From contig OZ219866.1 of the NCBI GenBank assembly GCA_964291675.2, positions 3,040,001 through 3,104,000 of the forward strand: 64,000 nucleotides of DNA, written 5' to 3'. Position 1 is the stretch's first letter, and every line of letters starts with the position of its first letter. The notes beneath the pieces were generated by a model. It was given only the letters and a program-made list of their open reading frames with translations. It ran no database searches and was not told where the DNA came from. Source of the DNA: Alphaproteobacteria bacterium. GTDB taxonomy: Bacteria; Pseudomonadota; Alphaproteobacteria; MPNO01. Shown piece after piece: positions 26,596-40,143 of the stretch. The translations under genes and the position numbers were made by a program.

Positions 26596-28914
26596 CTAAA
26601 CCTTCCGCGCCGCCCGCAAGATCGCCCTCAACCGTTCCGGGGTCACAGGGAGGCGGTCGATGGCGCCGGGGATGCCGATGGCGGCGTCGATGGCCGACGC
26701 GATGGCGGCGCCGACCGGGTTGATGCCGCCTTCGCCGGCGCCCTTGACGCCGAGGCCGTTATAGGGGCTCGGCGCGTCCTCGCAGACCAGAAGGTCGATG
26801 GGCGGGGTCTCGGCCAGCGTCGGCATCAGATAGTCGGCGAAGGTGACCGAGAGCGGCGCGCCGGTCGCGTCGTAGCGGAACTCTTCCAGCAGCGCCCCGC
26901 CGAGCCCCTGGACGCAGCCGCCCATGAGCTGGCCGTCGACCAGCATCGGGTTGACCGCGCGGCCGACATCGTAGGCGATCGAATAGCGCTCCACCGCGAC
27001 GCCGCCGGTCCCCGCGTCGACGCACGCTTGCGCGATGTGGACGCCGTAGGGATAGGCCATCAGGTCGCTGCGGTGCCAGCCCTCGGCCGAGAGGCCGGGC
27101 GCGCGCCCGGCGAGGATCGGCGAGCCGGGCGCCAGCCGGCGGGCGATCTCGCCGAGGCCGATCTCGGCGCCGCTCTCCGTATCCGTCCGCGCCACCCGCC
27201 CGTCGGCGACCTCCAGCGCGTCCGCCGGCGCCTGCAACAGCTCCGCCGCCGCCTCGATCGCTCTCGCGCGCAGGTTCTCGCTGGCGATCCGGACCGCCTC
27301 GCCGGTCATCACCGTCGCCCGCGAGGAGTGCGCGCCAAAGCCGTAATCGATCAGATCGGTGCGGCCGTGCACGACCCGCACCCGGCGGTAGTCGACCCCG
27401 AGCGTGTCTGCGCAGATCTGCGCCATCGCGGTCGCGAAACCCTGGCCGAGCGCGGCGCCGCCGGTGAGCAGCTCGACCGCGCCGGTCGCGTCCACCCGGA
27501 TGCGGACCCCGTCGGCCGGGCCCGGCCCGCTCTTCTCGACGAACAGCGCGAGCCCGGCGCCGGCCAGCTCGCCGGCTTCCCGGCGCCGCTCCATCTCGGC
27601 CTGGATCCCGTCCCAGCCGGCGCGGGCGAGCGCCTTGTCCAGCAGCTTCGCGTAGTCGCCCGAATCGTAGACCACCTCGTGGTCGATGGTGTCGATCCCG
27701 CCGGCGAACGGCATCTGCTCCCGCCCGATCAGGTTGCGCCGCCTGATCTCGACCGGGTCGGCGCCGAGCCTTGCGGCGACGGCGTCGAACAGGCGCTCGC
27801 GGGCGAAGGTCGCCTCGAAGCGGCCGGGCGAGCGGTAGGTCGCGGCCGGCGTCTTGTTGGTCAGGCGGACATGGCCGCGGGCGCGAAAGGCGGGGACCCG
27901 GTAGGGGCCCGGCATCATGCCGGCGGTCATGTCGGGGACGCGCACGCCGTGGGTGCGGATATAGGCGCCCTGGTCGTGGAAGAAAATGCTGTCGATGGCG
28001 CGCACGGTGCCGTCCGCGTCCACCGCCGCGCGGACCCGGTGGCGCTGCTCGCGCGAATGATTGGCCGCCTGCAAATGCTCCCAGCGGTCCTCGATCCACT
28101 TGACCGGCCGTGCGAGGCGGAGCGCGGCGGCGCAGACCAGGTACTCGTCCGGGTAGAGCTCGCCGCGCACCCCGAACCCGCCGCCGATCTGGCCCTCGTA
28201 GAGCTGGACCGAGGCGGGCGCCCGCCCGAGCGCGGCGGCCAGCTGGTCGCGGTTGAAATGCGGCCGCTTGGTGGCGCCGTGGAGCTCGAGCATGTCGCGC
28301 CCGGCGTCGTAGACCGCGACCGCGCCGCGGGTCTCCATCGGCACCGCGGAATGCCGCCCCACCGAGACCTCGATCTCGACCACCGCATGCGCGCCGTCGA
28401 ACGCCGCGGCGATGTCGCCGCGCGACTTCTCCAGCACATGCGCCTCGGTCGAATGCGCCGCGTCGAACCGGCCCGGCTCGTCCTCGGCCGCCAGGATCGG
28501 CGGCAGGTCGCGATACCTCGCTTCGACCAGCTCCGCCGCGTCCTCGGCGCGATAGGGGCTGTCGGCGAACACGGCTGCGACGGGCTCGCCGACATAGCGC
28601 ACCCTGCCGCGCGCGAGGACCGGCTGGCGGTAGGGCTCGAGCCCCTTCACCCTTGTGGCGCGAAACGCGATCGGGCCGATATCGGCGACGTCCTCGGCGG
28701 TCCACACGGCGGCGACGCCGGGCGCCGCGCGGGCGCTCTCCACATCGAGCGCGAGGATTTCCGCATGCGCCCGGTCCGAGCGCAGGACGCGCATGTGGAG
28801 CTGGTTGGGAAACGAGATGTCGGCGGCGAAGCGGCCGGCGCCGCGCACCAGCGGCGGGTCCTCGATGCGCGCGACCCGCTTGCCGATCCAGGTCTCGCGC
28901 CGGGGCGGCGTCAT
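26596..28914 (-). CDS. Xanthine dehydrogenase/CoxL-family molybdopterin-binding subunit
   Basis: RIEDPPLVRG, IGGGFGVRG, YRSPGRFE, LGQG, KGAGEGG. Confidence 0.9.
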   Translation of the reverse strand: MTPPRRETWIGKRVARIEDPPLVRGAGRFAADISFPNQLHMRVLRSDRAHAEILALDVESARAAPGVAAVWTAEDVADIGPIAFRATRVKGLEPYRQPVLARGRVRYVGEPVAAVFADSPYRAEDAAELVEARYRDLPPILAAEDEPGRFDAAHSTEAHVLEKSRGDIAAAFDGAHAVVEIEVSVGRHSAVPMETRGAVAVYDAGRDMLELHGATKRPHFNRDQLAAALGRAPASVQLYEGQIGGGFGVRGELYPDEYLVCAAALRLARPVKWIEDRWEHLQAANHSREQRHRVRAAVDADGTVRAIDSIFFHDQGAYIRTHGVRVPDMTAGMMPGPYRVPAFRARGHVRLTNKTPAATYRSPGRFEATFARERLFDAVAARLGADPVEIRRRNLIGREQMPFAGGIDTIDHEVVYDSGDYAKLLDKALARAGWDGIQAEMERRREAGELAGAGLALFVEKSGPGPADGVRIRVDATGAVELLTGGAALGQGFATAMAQICADTLGVDYRRVRVVHGRTDLIDYGFGAHSSRATVMTGEAVRIASENLRARAIEAAAELLQAPADALEVADGRVARTDTESGAEIGLGEIARRLAPGSPILAGRAPGLSAEGWHRSDLMAYPYGVHIAQACVDAGTGGVAVERYSIAYDVGRAVNPMLVDGQLMGGCVQGLGGALLEEFRYDATGAPLSVTFADYLMPTLAETPPIDLLVCEDAPSPYNGLGVKGAGEGGINPVGAAIASAIDAAIGIPGAIDRLPVTPERLRAILRAARKV

Positions 28915-29396
28915 CCGGGCCCGGCCTTCATCGCGGCCGCCGCGGCCTTCACCGCATCCAGAATGTTGAGATAGCCCGTGCAGCGGCAGAGATTGGAGGC
29001 GAGCGCCTCGCGCAAGCCCTCCTCGTCGATATCGGGCTCGCGCTCCAGCACGCCGACGGCGAGCATCAGGAAGCCAGGCGTGCAGAACCCGCATTGCAGC
29101 GCGTGATGGTCGATGAAGGCCTGTTGCAGGGGGTGCAGCGCCTCGCCCTCCGCGAGCCCCTCGACGGTGCGGATCTCGGCGCCCTCGGCCTGGGCGGCGA
29201 ACATCAGGCAGCTCCTCACCGGCGCGCCGTCGAGCAGGAGCGTGCAGGCGCCGCACACCCCGTGCTCGCAGCCGAGATGGGTGCCGGTCAGCCCGCAATC
29301 CTCGCGGATCGCGTCCGCCAGCGTCTTGCGCGGCTCGACCCGGACGGCGCGGGCTTCGCCGTTGACGGTGAACGAGATTTCGCGCGGCTCGGTCAT
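28911..29396 (-). CDS. (2Fe-2S)-binding small subunit (CoxS-like)
   Basis: GCEHGVCGACT, QCGFCTPG, NLCRCTGY. Confidence 0.92.
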   Translation of the reverse strand: MTEPREISFTVNGEARAVRVEPRKTLADAIREDCGLTGTHLGCEHGVCGACTLLLDGAPVRSCLMFAAQAEGAEIRTVEGLAEGEALHPLQQAFIDHHALQCGFCTPGFLMLAVGVLEREPDIDEEGLREALASNLCRCTGYLNILDAVKAAAAAMKAGPG

Positions 29397-30250
29397 CCGG
29401 CGGCGTCCGCCAGTGCGCGCTCGACCATGACGCCGGCAAGCTCGCCGCGATATTCGGCGCTCGCATGGACATCGGAGACCGCATCCACCGCATCGGCGAC
29501 GGCGGCACCGGCTTCGCGGAACAGCGCCGGGCCGGGCGCGCGGCCCGCCAGCACGGCTTCGCCTTCCGGGATGCGCCGGGGACAGGCCTCGACCCCGCCG
29601 ACGCCGATTCGCGGCTCGACGATCGCGCCCTCCTCCACCCGGTAGACCGCGAGCGCCATCGCCAGCGCGAAATCGCCGGCGCGGCGGGCGAACTCGCAGA
29701 ACCCCCAGCGCGCATCGGGCGCGAGCCGGGGGAGGTCGGCGCGCAGCAAGAGCTCGTCGTCGGCCAGCGCCGTTACCATCGCCCATTCGAAGAACGACCG
29801 CGCGGCGATCTCGCGCTCGCCCCGCGCGCTGCGCGCGGTCAGCCGGGCATCCAGCGTCGCCGCGACGAGGCACCATTCGGATGCCGGGTCGGCATGGGCG
29901 AGGCTGCCGCAGAATGTGCCCCGCATGCGGATCGGGTAATGGCCGATATGGCGTACCACGGCGGCGAGCAGCGCGCCGAGCGGCCCGTCCTCCACCGGGC
30001 GATGGAAATCGGCGTGGCGCGCCAGCGCGCCGATCCCGAGCGCATCCTCCCCGACGGCGACGCTGCCGAGGCCGGAGACCCGGTTGATGTCGATCAGGTG
30101 GGCCGGCCGGGCGAGGCGGAACGCCATCGTCGGCACCAGGCTCTGCCCGCCGGCGAGAATCCGCGCGTCTTCGCTCGCATGGGCGGCGAGCAGGGATGCG
30201 GCCTCGTCAACCGTCCCCGGCAGGTGATGGGTGAACGGGGCCGGTTTCAT
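29393..30250 (-). CDS. FAD-binding medium subunit (CoxM-like)
   Basis: MKPAPF, LAGGQSLVP, GTFCGSLAHADP. Confidence 0.92.
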   Translation of the reverse strand: MKPAPFTHHLPGTVDEAASLLAAHASEDARILAGGQSLVPTMAFRLARPAHLIDINRVSGLGSVAVGEDALGIGALARHADFHRPVEDGPLGALLAAVVRHIGHYPIRMRGTFCGSLAHADPASEWCLVAATLDARLTARSARGEREIAARSFFEWAMVTALADDELLLRADLPRLAPDARWGFCEFARRAGDFALAMALAVYRVEEGAIVEPRIGVGGVEACPRRIPEGEAVLAGRAPGPALFREAGAAVADAVDAVSDVHASAEYRGELAGVMVERALADAAG

Positions 30251-30365
30251 CGGGCTTCCGGCATCTCGAAATTCGCCGCCACAGGTCCGGCGACCCTTAC
30301 AGCCGGCGAACCGGGGCCGTCAAGCGGCGCGGGGTCATCGGGACCGGCGGTGCGGATGGCGAATT

Positions 30366-30439
30366 TGGCTGGGGGACCTGGATTCGAACCAGGACTGCTC
30401 GGGTCAGAGCCGAGAGTTCTACCGTTAAACTATCCCCCA
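30366..30439 (-). tRNA. tRNA-Gln (CTG)
   Basis: TGGGGGATAGTTTAACGGTAGAACTCTCGGCT-CTG-ACCCGAG...GGTTCGAATCC...CCCCCAGCCA. Confidence 0.95.
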
Positions 30440-30559
30440 GCATGTCGGGGCGGGCAGAGAATAGCGCTATTCGAGGGACGATCAAGTTCGCGCTCCGGCG
30501 GCCGGGATTTGTGACATCGGAGCCAGGCGGTAAAATTCGCCGGGAGGGGCTCAGGGACG

Positions 30560-31612
30560 ATGGACGTGGCGTACGGGTCGAAACAGGGATTTAGGAGTTC
30601 CCGGTCGGGGACGGGGCGGCGCCGGCGCGGCGGCGGGCGCAAGATCGCCGCGCTCGACCTCGGCACCAACAATTGCCGGCTCTTGATCGCCCGCCCCACG
30701 CCGGACGGATTCGCCGTGATCGACGGGTTCTCGCGCATCGTGCGGCTCGGCCAGGGGCTGGAGGCGACCGGCGTGCTCGGCGAGACCGCGATGCGGCGCA
30801 CCGTCGACGCGCTCGCCGTCTGCGCCGCGAAGATCCGCCGCCACCGGGTCGCGCGCGCCCGCTACGTGGCCACCGAGGCGGCGCGCCGGGCGGCCAATTG
30901 CTCCGGCTTCCTCGACCGCGTGGCCGCCGAGACCGGGATCGAGCTCGACATCATCTCGTCGCGCGAGGAGGCGACGCTCACCCTGATGGGCTGCCTGCCG
31001 CTGTTCGACCCCGAGCTTCCCTACGGGCTGATCTTCGATGTCGGCGGCGGCAGCGCCGAGCTCGTCTGGCTCAGGGTTTCCGGCCGGGACGGGCCCGACA
31101 TAATCGGCTGGATCTCGCTCCCGCTCGGCGTGGTCACGGTGACCGAGCGCCACGGACCCGAGGACTTCACGGTCGAGGAATACGAGGCGATCGTGGCCGA
31201 GGTCGAAGCCATGCTCGCGCCGTTCGACGCCGAGCACGGCATCCGGCGGGAGATCGAGCGGGGCCGCATGCAGATGCTGGGGACCGCCGGAACGGTGACC
31301 ACCATCGCCGGGGTCAATCTCGGCCTCAGGCGCTACAACCGCGCTCTCGTCGACGGCTCCTACCTCACCTTCGACCAGATCAGCAGGATCAGCCGCCAGC
31401 TGTCCCGCTCGACCTATGCGGAACGCGCCGCCCACCCCTCGATCGGCCGCGGCCGGGCCGACCTCGTGGTCGCCGGCTGCGCGATCCTGGAGGCGGTCTG
31501 CCGCACCTGGCCGGCGGGGCGGCTCCGGGTCGCCGACCGCGGCGTGCGCGAGGGCATCCTGCTCCAGCTCGCCGCCGAGTTCGGCGCAGGCCCAGCGCAT
31601 GGCCGGGCGTGA
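30560..31612 (+). CDS. ppx: Ppx/GppA phosphatase family protein
   Basis: ALDLGTNNCRL, ATEAAR, DVGGGSAE, GVREG. Confidence 0.9.
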   Translation: MDVAYGSKQGFRSSRSGTGRRRRGGGRKIAALDLGTNNCRLLIARPTPDGFAVIDGFSRIVRLGQGLEATGVLGETAMRRTVDALAVCAAKIRRHRVARARYVATEAARRAANCSGFLDRVAAETGIELDIISSREEATLTLMGCLPLFDPELPYGLIFDVGGGSAELVWLRVSGRDGPDIIGWISLPLGVVTVTERHGPEDFTVEEYEAIVAEVEAMLAPFDAEHGIRREIERGRMQMLGTAGTVTTIAGVNLGLRRYNRALVDGSYLTFDQISRISRQLSRSTYAERAAHPSIGRGRADLVVAGCAILEAVCRTWPAGRLRVADRGVREGILLQLAAEFGAGPAHGRA

Positions 31613-32333
31613 CCGCAAGCCTGGGCGCGGCGCGGGGAGCGGGAGCGTCGGCAGGCGGGGCGCCACCGTCCGGGTCAGGACCGCCAAGGGGCGCAAGCCC
31701 TCATCGACGCGCTGGCTGCAACGCCAGCTCAACGACCCCTATGTCGCCGCCGCGGCGAAGCACGGCTACCGGTCGCGCGCCGCCTGGAAGCTGATCGAGA
31801 TCGACGACAGGTTCGACCTGCTCGGGCGCGGCGCCGTGGTGCTCGATCTCGGCGCCGCGCCGGGCGGCTGGACCCAGGTCGCCGTCGAGCGTGCGCCGGG
31901 CGGGCGAATCGTCGCCGTCGACCGCGCCGGGATGGAGCCGGTCGCTGGCGCCGAGGCGCGCCTGCTCGACCTCGACGACGGGGCGGCGGCCGAGGCGCTG
32001 ATCGGCGAGCTGGCGGGCGCGGTCGACCTCGTGCTCTCCGATATGGCGATCGCCGCCACCGGCCACCGCGGCACCGACCAGATCCGCAACCAGCGCCTCG
32101 CCGAGCTCGCCTGCGAGCTCGCGCTCGGCGTGCTCCGCCCGGGCGGCGGGTTCGTGGTCAAGGCGTTCCACGGCGGCGGCGCGGCGGCGTTCACGGCGGC
32201 GCTCAAGCGCGCCTTCGCCGGGGTGCGGAGCTTCAAGCCCGCCGCCTCGCGCGCCGAATCCGCCGAGCTCTACTTCGTCGCCCGCGGATTCCGGGGCTCA
32301 GGGCAGCGCCGATCTCGCCGGCCCCTTCGTTGA
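31599..32333 (+). CDS. rlmE: 23S rRNA Um2552 methyltransferase
   Basis: RWLQRQLNDPYV, YRSRAAWKL, DLGAAPGGW, KPAASR.ES.E. Confidence 0.92.
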   Translation: MAGRDRKPGRGAGSGSVGRRGATVRVRTAKGRKPSSTRWLQRQLNDPYVAAAAKHGYRSRAAWKLIEIDDRFDLLGRGAVVLDLGAAPGGWTQVAVERAPGGRIVAVDRAGMEPVAGAEARLLDLDDGAAAEALIGELAGAVDLVLSDMAIAATGHRGTDQIRNQRLAELACELALGVLRPGGGFVVKAFHGGGAAAFTAALKRAFAGVRSFKPAASRAESAELYFVARGFRGSGQRRSRRPLR

Positions 32334-32392
32334 CATCTCCGGGGGGCGCACCCATTGTCCCCGTCGATGCCACCGAAGCCGCCGGCCCGACG

Positions 32393-34985
<2,593 letters not shown>

Positions 34986-34992
34986 GCCGGCG

Positions 34993-35532
34993 GTGACCGC
35001 GACCCTCCGACCGGCCCGGCCCGACGATGCCCCGGCGATCGCCAGGATCTACGTCGCCGGCTGGCAGGACGCCTATCCCGGGCTGCTGCCCGACCGGCTG
35101 CTGGTCGGCATGCGCCGCGGCGAAGGGCGGGCGGAGCGCTGGGCGCGGACCATCCGCTACCCGGGGCGGGGCGAGCGGGTGATGGTCGCCGAGGCCGCGG
35201 ACGGGGCGGTGATCGGTTTCGCCGGCGGCGGTCCGGCGCGGCCGCGCGGCTTCGCCTATGACAGCGAGGTCTACACGCTCTATATCGACGGCGACCACCA
35301 GCAGGGCGGCGTCGGCCGGCGCCTGTTCTGCGCGCTCGCGGTCGAGCTCGCTTCGGCGCTCGGCCCCTCGCTGATCGTCTGGGTGCTGGCCGGCAACCCG
35401 GCGCGCTATTTCTACGAGGCGCTGGGCGGGCGCCATGTCGGGCGGCGCGCGGGCTCGCTCGGCGGCGCGGCGATCGAGGAGCTCGCCTATGGCTGGCCCG
35501 ACGCGGCGGTGCTCGCCGCCTCCCAGGGCTAG
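34993..35532 (+). CDS. GNAT acetyltransferase
   Basis: LRPARPDDAPAI, QQGGVGRRL, FYEALG. Confidence 0.8.
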   Translation: MTATLRPARPDDAPAIARIYVAGWQDAYPGLLPDRLLVGMRRGEGRAERWARTIRYPGRGERVMVAEAADGAVIGFAGGGPARPRGFAYDSEVYTLYIDGDHQQGGVGRRLFCALAVELASALGPSLIVWVLAGNPARYFYEALGGRHVGRRAGSLGGAAIEELAYGWPDAAVLAASQG

Positions 35533-35547
35533 GCGCTGCCTCCGCCC

Positions 35548-37105
35548 ATGCAGCGCTCGGACGAGGCCGTCCTGATCCTGGATTTCGGCTCCCAGGTCAC
35601 CCAGCTCATCGCGCGCCGCATCCGCGAGAGCGGCGTCTATTGCGAGATCCATCCCTGGTTCGTCGGCGACGAGGCGATCCGCGGGTTCGCGCCGCGCGCG
35701 GTGGTGCTGTCCGGCGGGCCCGACTCGACGACCCGGGCGGAGGCGCCGCAGGTTCCCGAAGCCGTGTTCGGGCTCGGCGTTCCGGTGCTCGGCATCTGCT
35801 ACGGGCAGCAGGCGATGTGCGCCGCGCTCGGCGGCGCGGTCGACAGCGCCGAGGCGCGCGAGTTCGGCCGCGCCGAGCTCACCGTGACCGAGTCCTGCGG
35901 GTTGTTCGACGGCGTCTGGAAGCCCGGCGACCGGGCGCAGGTCTGGATGAGCCACGGCGACCGGGTGACCAGCCTGCCCGACGGGTTCGCCCCCGCCGCG
36001 GTGAGCGAGGGCGCGCCGTTTGCGGCGATCGCCGACGAGGCGCGCGGCTATTACGGCGTCCAGTTCCACCCCGAGGTCGTCCACACGCCGGACGGGACGG
36101 CGCTGCTGAAAAGCTTCACCCACAACATCGCCGGCTGCGGCGGCGACTGGACCATGGCGTCCTATCGCGACCGCACGGTCGAGCGGGTGCGCGCCCAGGT
36201 GGGCGACGGGCGGGTCGTCTGCGGCCTGTCGGGCGGCGTCGACAGCGCGGTGACCGCGGTTCTGCTGCACGAGGCGGTGGGCGAGCGGTTCTTCTGCGTC
36301 TATGTCGACACCGGGCTGATGCGCGCCGGCGAGACCGAACAGGTGGTCGAGCTGTTCCGCGGCCACTACAACATCCCGCTGCGCGCCGTCGATGCCGGCG
36401 AGCGCTTCCTCCGCGAGCTGGCCGGCGTGACCGACCCGGAGGAGAAGCGCAAGCGCATCGGCGCCGCCTTCGTCGACGTGTTCGCGGCCGAGGCCGAGGC
36501 CGCCGGCGGCGCGGAATTCCTCGCCCAGGGCACGCTCTACCCCGACGTGATCGAGTCGGTCTCGGTGACCGGCGGGCCGAGCGCGGTCATCAAGTCGCAC
36601 CACAATGTCGGCGGCCTGCCCGAGCGCATGGACATGGCGCTGGTCGAGCCGCTGCGCGACCTGTTCAAGGACGAGGTGCGCGCGCTCGGGCGCACGCTCG
36701 GCCTGCCCGAGACCATGATCGGCCGCCACCCTTTCCCGGGGCCCGGGCTCGCCATCCGCATCCCCGGCGAGGTGACGGCAGAGAGCCTGGAGATCCTGCG
36801 CCGCGCCGATGCGATTCTACCTCGAGGAGCTGCGCTCGGCCGGGCTCTATGACGAGATCTGGCAGGCCTTCGCGGTGCTGCTGCCGGTCCGCACGGTCGG
36901 CGTGATGGGCGACGAGCGCAGCTACGACAGGGTGTGCGCGCTGCGCGCCGTGGTCTCGACCGACGGCATGACGGCCGAGAGCTACCCCTTCGACCACGCC
37001 ACGATCGCGCGGATCGGCACCAGGATCGTCAACGAGGTGCGCGGCATCAACCGGGTGGTCTACGACGTCACCTCCAAGCCCCCCGGCACCATCGAGTGGG
37101 AGTGA
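35548..37105 (+). CDS. guaA: GMP synthase, with a +1 frameshift near 36815 (probably a sequencing error)
   Basis: ILDFGSQ, GICYG, QFHPE, SGGVDS, HPFPGPG; C-terminus [10 protein letters not shown] in a shifted frame; span is 3n+1. Confidence 0.92.
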
Positions 37106-37157
37106 AGGGGGCCGCGGCATGCTATAGTCCGGGCTTCCGGATACGGAGGCCCGAAAG

Positions 37158-37967
37158 ATGATCGTGCAGAGCGCACCCCCCGAAGAGCCGCGTTTCGTCA
37201 TCACGATGGCCCAGCACACGAGCTTCGCCGGGCGCATCGCGCGCGCCTTCGGCAACGACGGGTTCGAGCCGGTCGAGCCGCGCGATGTCGTTCTCTACAT
37301 CGTCGACCACCACGACGCCGGCTGGGCGGAGCTCGACGCCGAGGGGCGGATCGATCCCGGCACCGGGCTGCCCTACAACCTGGTGCAGACGCCGTTCCCG
37401 GAGATCGTCAAGACATCCGCCGCCTCGCCCGAGTTCAACAGCCGCCGCCACGCCTATTGCGGGCTGTTGTCGAGCATGCACAGCTGGGGCCTCTATAACG
37501 GCCGCTACGGCATGTCCGACCACGTCCTGCTCGACAGCCTCGCCGCCGAGAACCGCTCGACCGCCGAGGGCATGCTCAGCGGCGAGCTGGAACGCCAGGC
37601 CCGCCTCAAGCACGCGCTGGCCGAGAACCCCGACACCGCTGCATGGGTGGACGAGGCGCAGGTGATGCAGAACTACAAGCAGCTCCAGTTCTTCGACACC
37701 ATGGCGCTCTACTTCAATTGCAACGGCGCCGCCGACCGCAAGCCCCAGAGCTTCACCCATGTGCCGAAGTCGCGCGACGAGGACGCGACCATCGCGCTCA
37801 CCCCGCGCGATGCCGCGACCTACGCGCTCGATCCCTACCCCTTCGCCGATGACCGGCTGGAGGTCTCGTTCGCCGGGCGCTACATGGCGCCCGCGCGCGA
37901 TGCGGCGAATGTCGATCTCGGCGCCATCGACGAGGAGTGGCAGACGGTCACGCTGATCGCCGGCTGA
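37158..37967 (+). CDS. DUF3891-like protein
   Basis: QH..FAG..A..FGN, HHDAGW, DPYPF. Confidence 0.6.
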   Translation: MIVQSAPPEEPRFVITMAQHTSFAGRIARAFGNDGFEPVEPRDVVLYIVDHHDAGWAELDAEGRIDPGTGLPYNLVQTPFPEIVKTSAASPEFNSRRHAYCGLLSSMHSWGLYNGRYGMSDHVLLDSLAAENRSTAEGMLSGELERQARLKHALAENPDTAAWVDEAQVMQNYKQLQFFDTMALYFNCNGAADRKPQSFTHVPKSRDEDATIALTPRDAATYALDPYPFADDRLEVSFAGRYMAPARDAANVDLGAIDEEWQTVTLIAG

Positions 37968-37973
37968 GCCGCG

Positions 37974-39074
37974 ATGAGCGGCGATATCGAGGCCCGCAAG
38001 AGGGAGCACATCGATACCGTCCTCGGGGCGGACGTCTCCGCCAAGGGGGTGTCGGCGGGTTTCGAACGGTTCTTCTTCGAGCACGCGGCGCTGCCCGAGC
38101 TCGACCTCGACGCGGTCGATCTCTCGACCCGCCTGTTCGGGCGCGCGCTGAAGGCGCCGCTGCTGATCGGCAGCATGACGGGGGGCACGCCGCGCGCGCG
38201 GGACATCAACCGGAATCTCGCCGCCGCGGCGCAGTCGCTCGGTATCGCGATGGGAATCGGCTCGCAGCGCGCGATGATCGAGCGGCCGGCGCTCGGCGAG
38301 ACCTACCGGGTGCGCGACGTCGCCCCCGACATCCTGCTGTTCGCCAATTTCGGCGCCGTCCAGCTCAACGACGGCTATGGCGCGGACGAGGCGCGGCGCG
38401 CGGTGGACAGCATCGGCGCGGACGCGCTGTTCCTGCATTTCAACCCTTTGCAGGAGGCGGTGCAGCCGGGCGGGGACCGCAACTGGGCCGGTCTCTACCG
38501 CAAGATCGAACGTCTCGCCTCGTCGCTCGACGTTCCGGTCGTCGGCAAGGAGGTGGGTAACGGGATCTCGGGCGAGGTGGCGCTGCGGCTGGTCGAATGC
38601 GGCCTCGCCGGGGTGGATGTCTCGGGGGCCGGCGGGACAAGCTGGAGCGAGGTCGAGGCGCATCGCCAGCCCGACCCGGAGGTCCGCGCCGTGGCGCATG
38701 TCTTCGCCGGCTGGGGCATTCCGACCGCCGCCGCTCTCATCGACACCGTGCGGGCGATTCCCGACCGGCCGGTCTTCGCGAGCGGCGGCATCCGCGACGG
38801 GGTCGACGCGGCCAAGGCGATCCGGCTGGGCGCCTCGCTGGCGGGCACCGCAGCGCCGATGCTGGAGCCCGGCGCGGATGCGGCGGCGGCGGCGGCGAGA
38901 CGCATGGCGCGGATGCTCGAAGAGCTGAGGATAGCCGCCTTCTGCGCCGGCGCCGGCGACATCGCGGCGCTGCGCCGGGCGGTCCTGCGGCGGGTGGCGG
39001 ATTGGCAACCCGTGCCCCCCATCCGCGACGCTCGCCCGGAAACCGCCTTACCCCGCCGCGCGCTCCGCCGATGA
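37974..39074 (+). CDS. fni: Type 2 isopentenyl-diphosphate delta-isomerase
   Basis: RKREHI, MTGG, GSQR, NPLQE, KEVG.G, GAGGTSW. Confidence 0.93.
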   Translation: MSGDIEARKREHIDTVLGADVSAKGVSAGFERFFFEHAALPELDLDAVDLSTRLFGRALKAPLLIGSMTGGTPRARDINRNLAAAAQSLGIAMGIGSQRAMIERPALGETYRVRDVAPDILLFANFGAVQLNDGYGADEARRAVDSIGADALFLHFNPLQEAVQPGGDRNWAGLYRKIERLASSLDVPVVGKEVGNGISGEVALRLVECGLAGVDVSGAGGTSWSEVEAHRQPDPEVRAVAHVFAGWGIPTAAALIDTVRAIPDRPVFASGGIRDGVDAAKAIRLGASLAGTAAPMLEPGADAAAAAARRMARMLEELRIAAFCAGAGDIAALRRAVLRRVADWQPVPPIRDARPETALPRRALRR

Positions 39075-39780
39075 GCGCCCGCCCCGCCCCGCCGCCGCTG
39101 CGCGCGCCCGGCGAGCCTCTCGCGCGGCCGCGCGACGCGGCGACGCTGATCGTCTACCGCGAGAATGCGGGCGCCTCGAAGTGCTGATGGGCGAGCGCCA
39201 CGCCCGCCACCGCTTCATGCCCAACCGCTACGTGTTTCCCGGCGGGCGCATCGATCCGCGCGACTCCAGGGTGCGCTGCGCCTCGCCGCTCGCCCCCGCG
39301 GCGGCGGCGCGGCTCGGACGCAAGCTCGGCCCGGCGCGGGCGCGGGCGATGGCGGTGGCGGCGATCCGCGAGACCTTCGAGGAGACCGGGCTGATCGTCG
39401 GCGGTCCGGACCCGGAACCGGAGCGCCCGCCGCCGCGCGGCTGGGAGGGGTTCTTCGGCACCGGATTCGCGCCGGCGCCGGGTGCGCTGTCCTATATTGC
39501 CCGCGCGGTGACCCCGCCGATCCGCCCGATCCGGTTCAACGCCCGGTTCTTCGTCGTCGCGCATGCCCATGTGACCGGCGAGGCGCGCGAATCGGACGAG
39601 CTTCTCGGCCTCCAATGGTTCACCGTGGAGCAGGCGCTGACCCTCGATCTCGCCCTGATCACGCGGCGCGTGCTGACCCATTTCGGGACTTCGTTCGCGA
39701 CCGCCGCAAGGGGCGAGGGGCACGGCCCGGTGCCCTATTTCAAGTGGACCCCGGGCGGGCACGTGCTGATCGACGAATGA
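39071..39780 (+). CDS. NUDIX hydrolase, with a -1 frameshift near 39175
   Basis: PRDAATLI then, in a shifted frame, VLMGER...VFPGGRID...AIRETFEETG. Confidence 0.75.
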
Positions 39781-39810
39781 GCCGGGGACCGGCGCTCCCC
39801 GCGCCGCGGG

Positions 39811-40143
39811 TCAGACCAGCCTGAGCCGGGGCTCGAACAGGTCGAGGACGGCGTTGAGCGAGGTGCCGCGGCGCAGCCGCCGGCAGCCGTCGTAGATCAT
39901 GTATTCCACCTCGCCGCCGTCGCCCGCCGCCATCTTGACGACGGTATAGGCGGGCCGGTCGCAAGCACGGCGGAACACCGAGAACACGGCCATCCCGTCG
40001 CGCGGCGCCATCGCATAGTCCTTCCACTCGCCGGTGGCGACGCGGCGGCTGTACAGCGTGAGGAGACGGCTGAGGTCGTTGCGGTCGAAGAACACGGATC
40101 GGGGCTTTTGCCGGTAGGCGCGAAGGTCGAATACCGTCGCCAT
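39811..40143 (-). CDS. DUF2794 family protein
   Basis: VFFDR..L...Y...VATGEWKDY...AVFSVFRR. Confidence 0.75.
   Translation of the reverse strand: MATVFDLRAYRQKPRSVFFDRNDLSRLLTLYSRRVATGEWKDYAMAPRDGMAVFSVFRRACDRPAYTVVKMAAGDGGEVEYMIYDGCRRLRRGTSLNAVLDLFEPRLRLV

Noticed and set aside
23087-30250. Bona fide aerobic CO dehydrogenase
   Set aside because: Form I AYxCSFR motif absent and no coxDEFG accessory genes in the cluster.
30366-30439. tRNA-Gln as the island attachment site
   Set aside because: No duplicated tRNA 3' end seen and no adjacent integrase; the island ends are explained by the vapC repeats.
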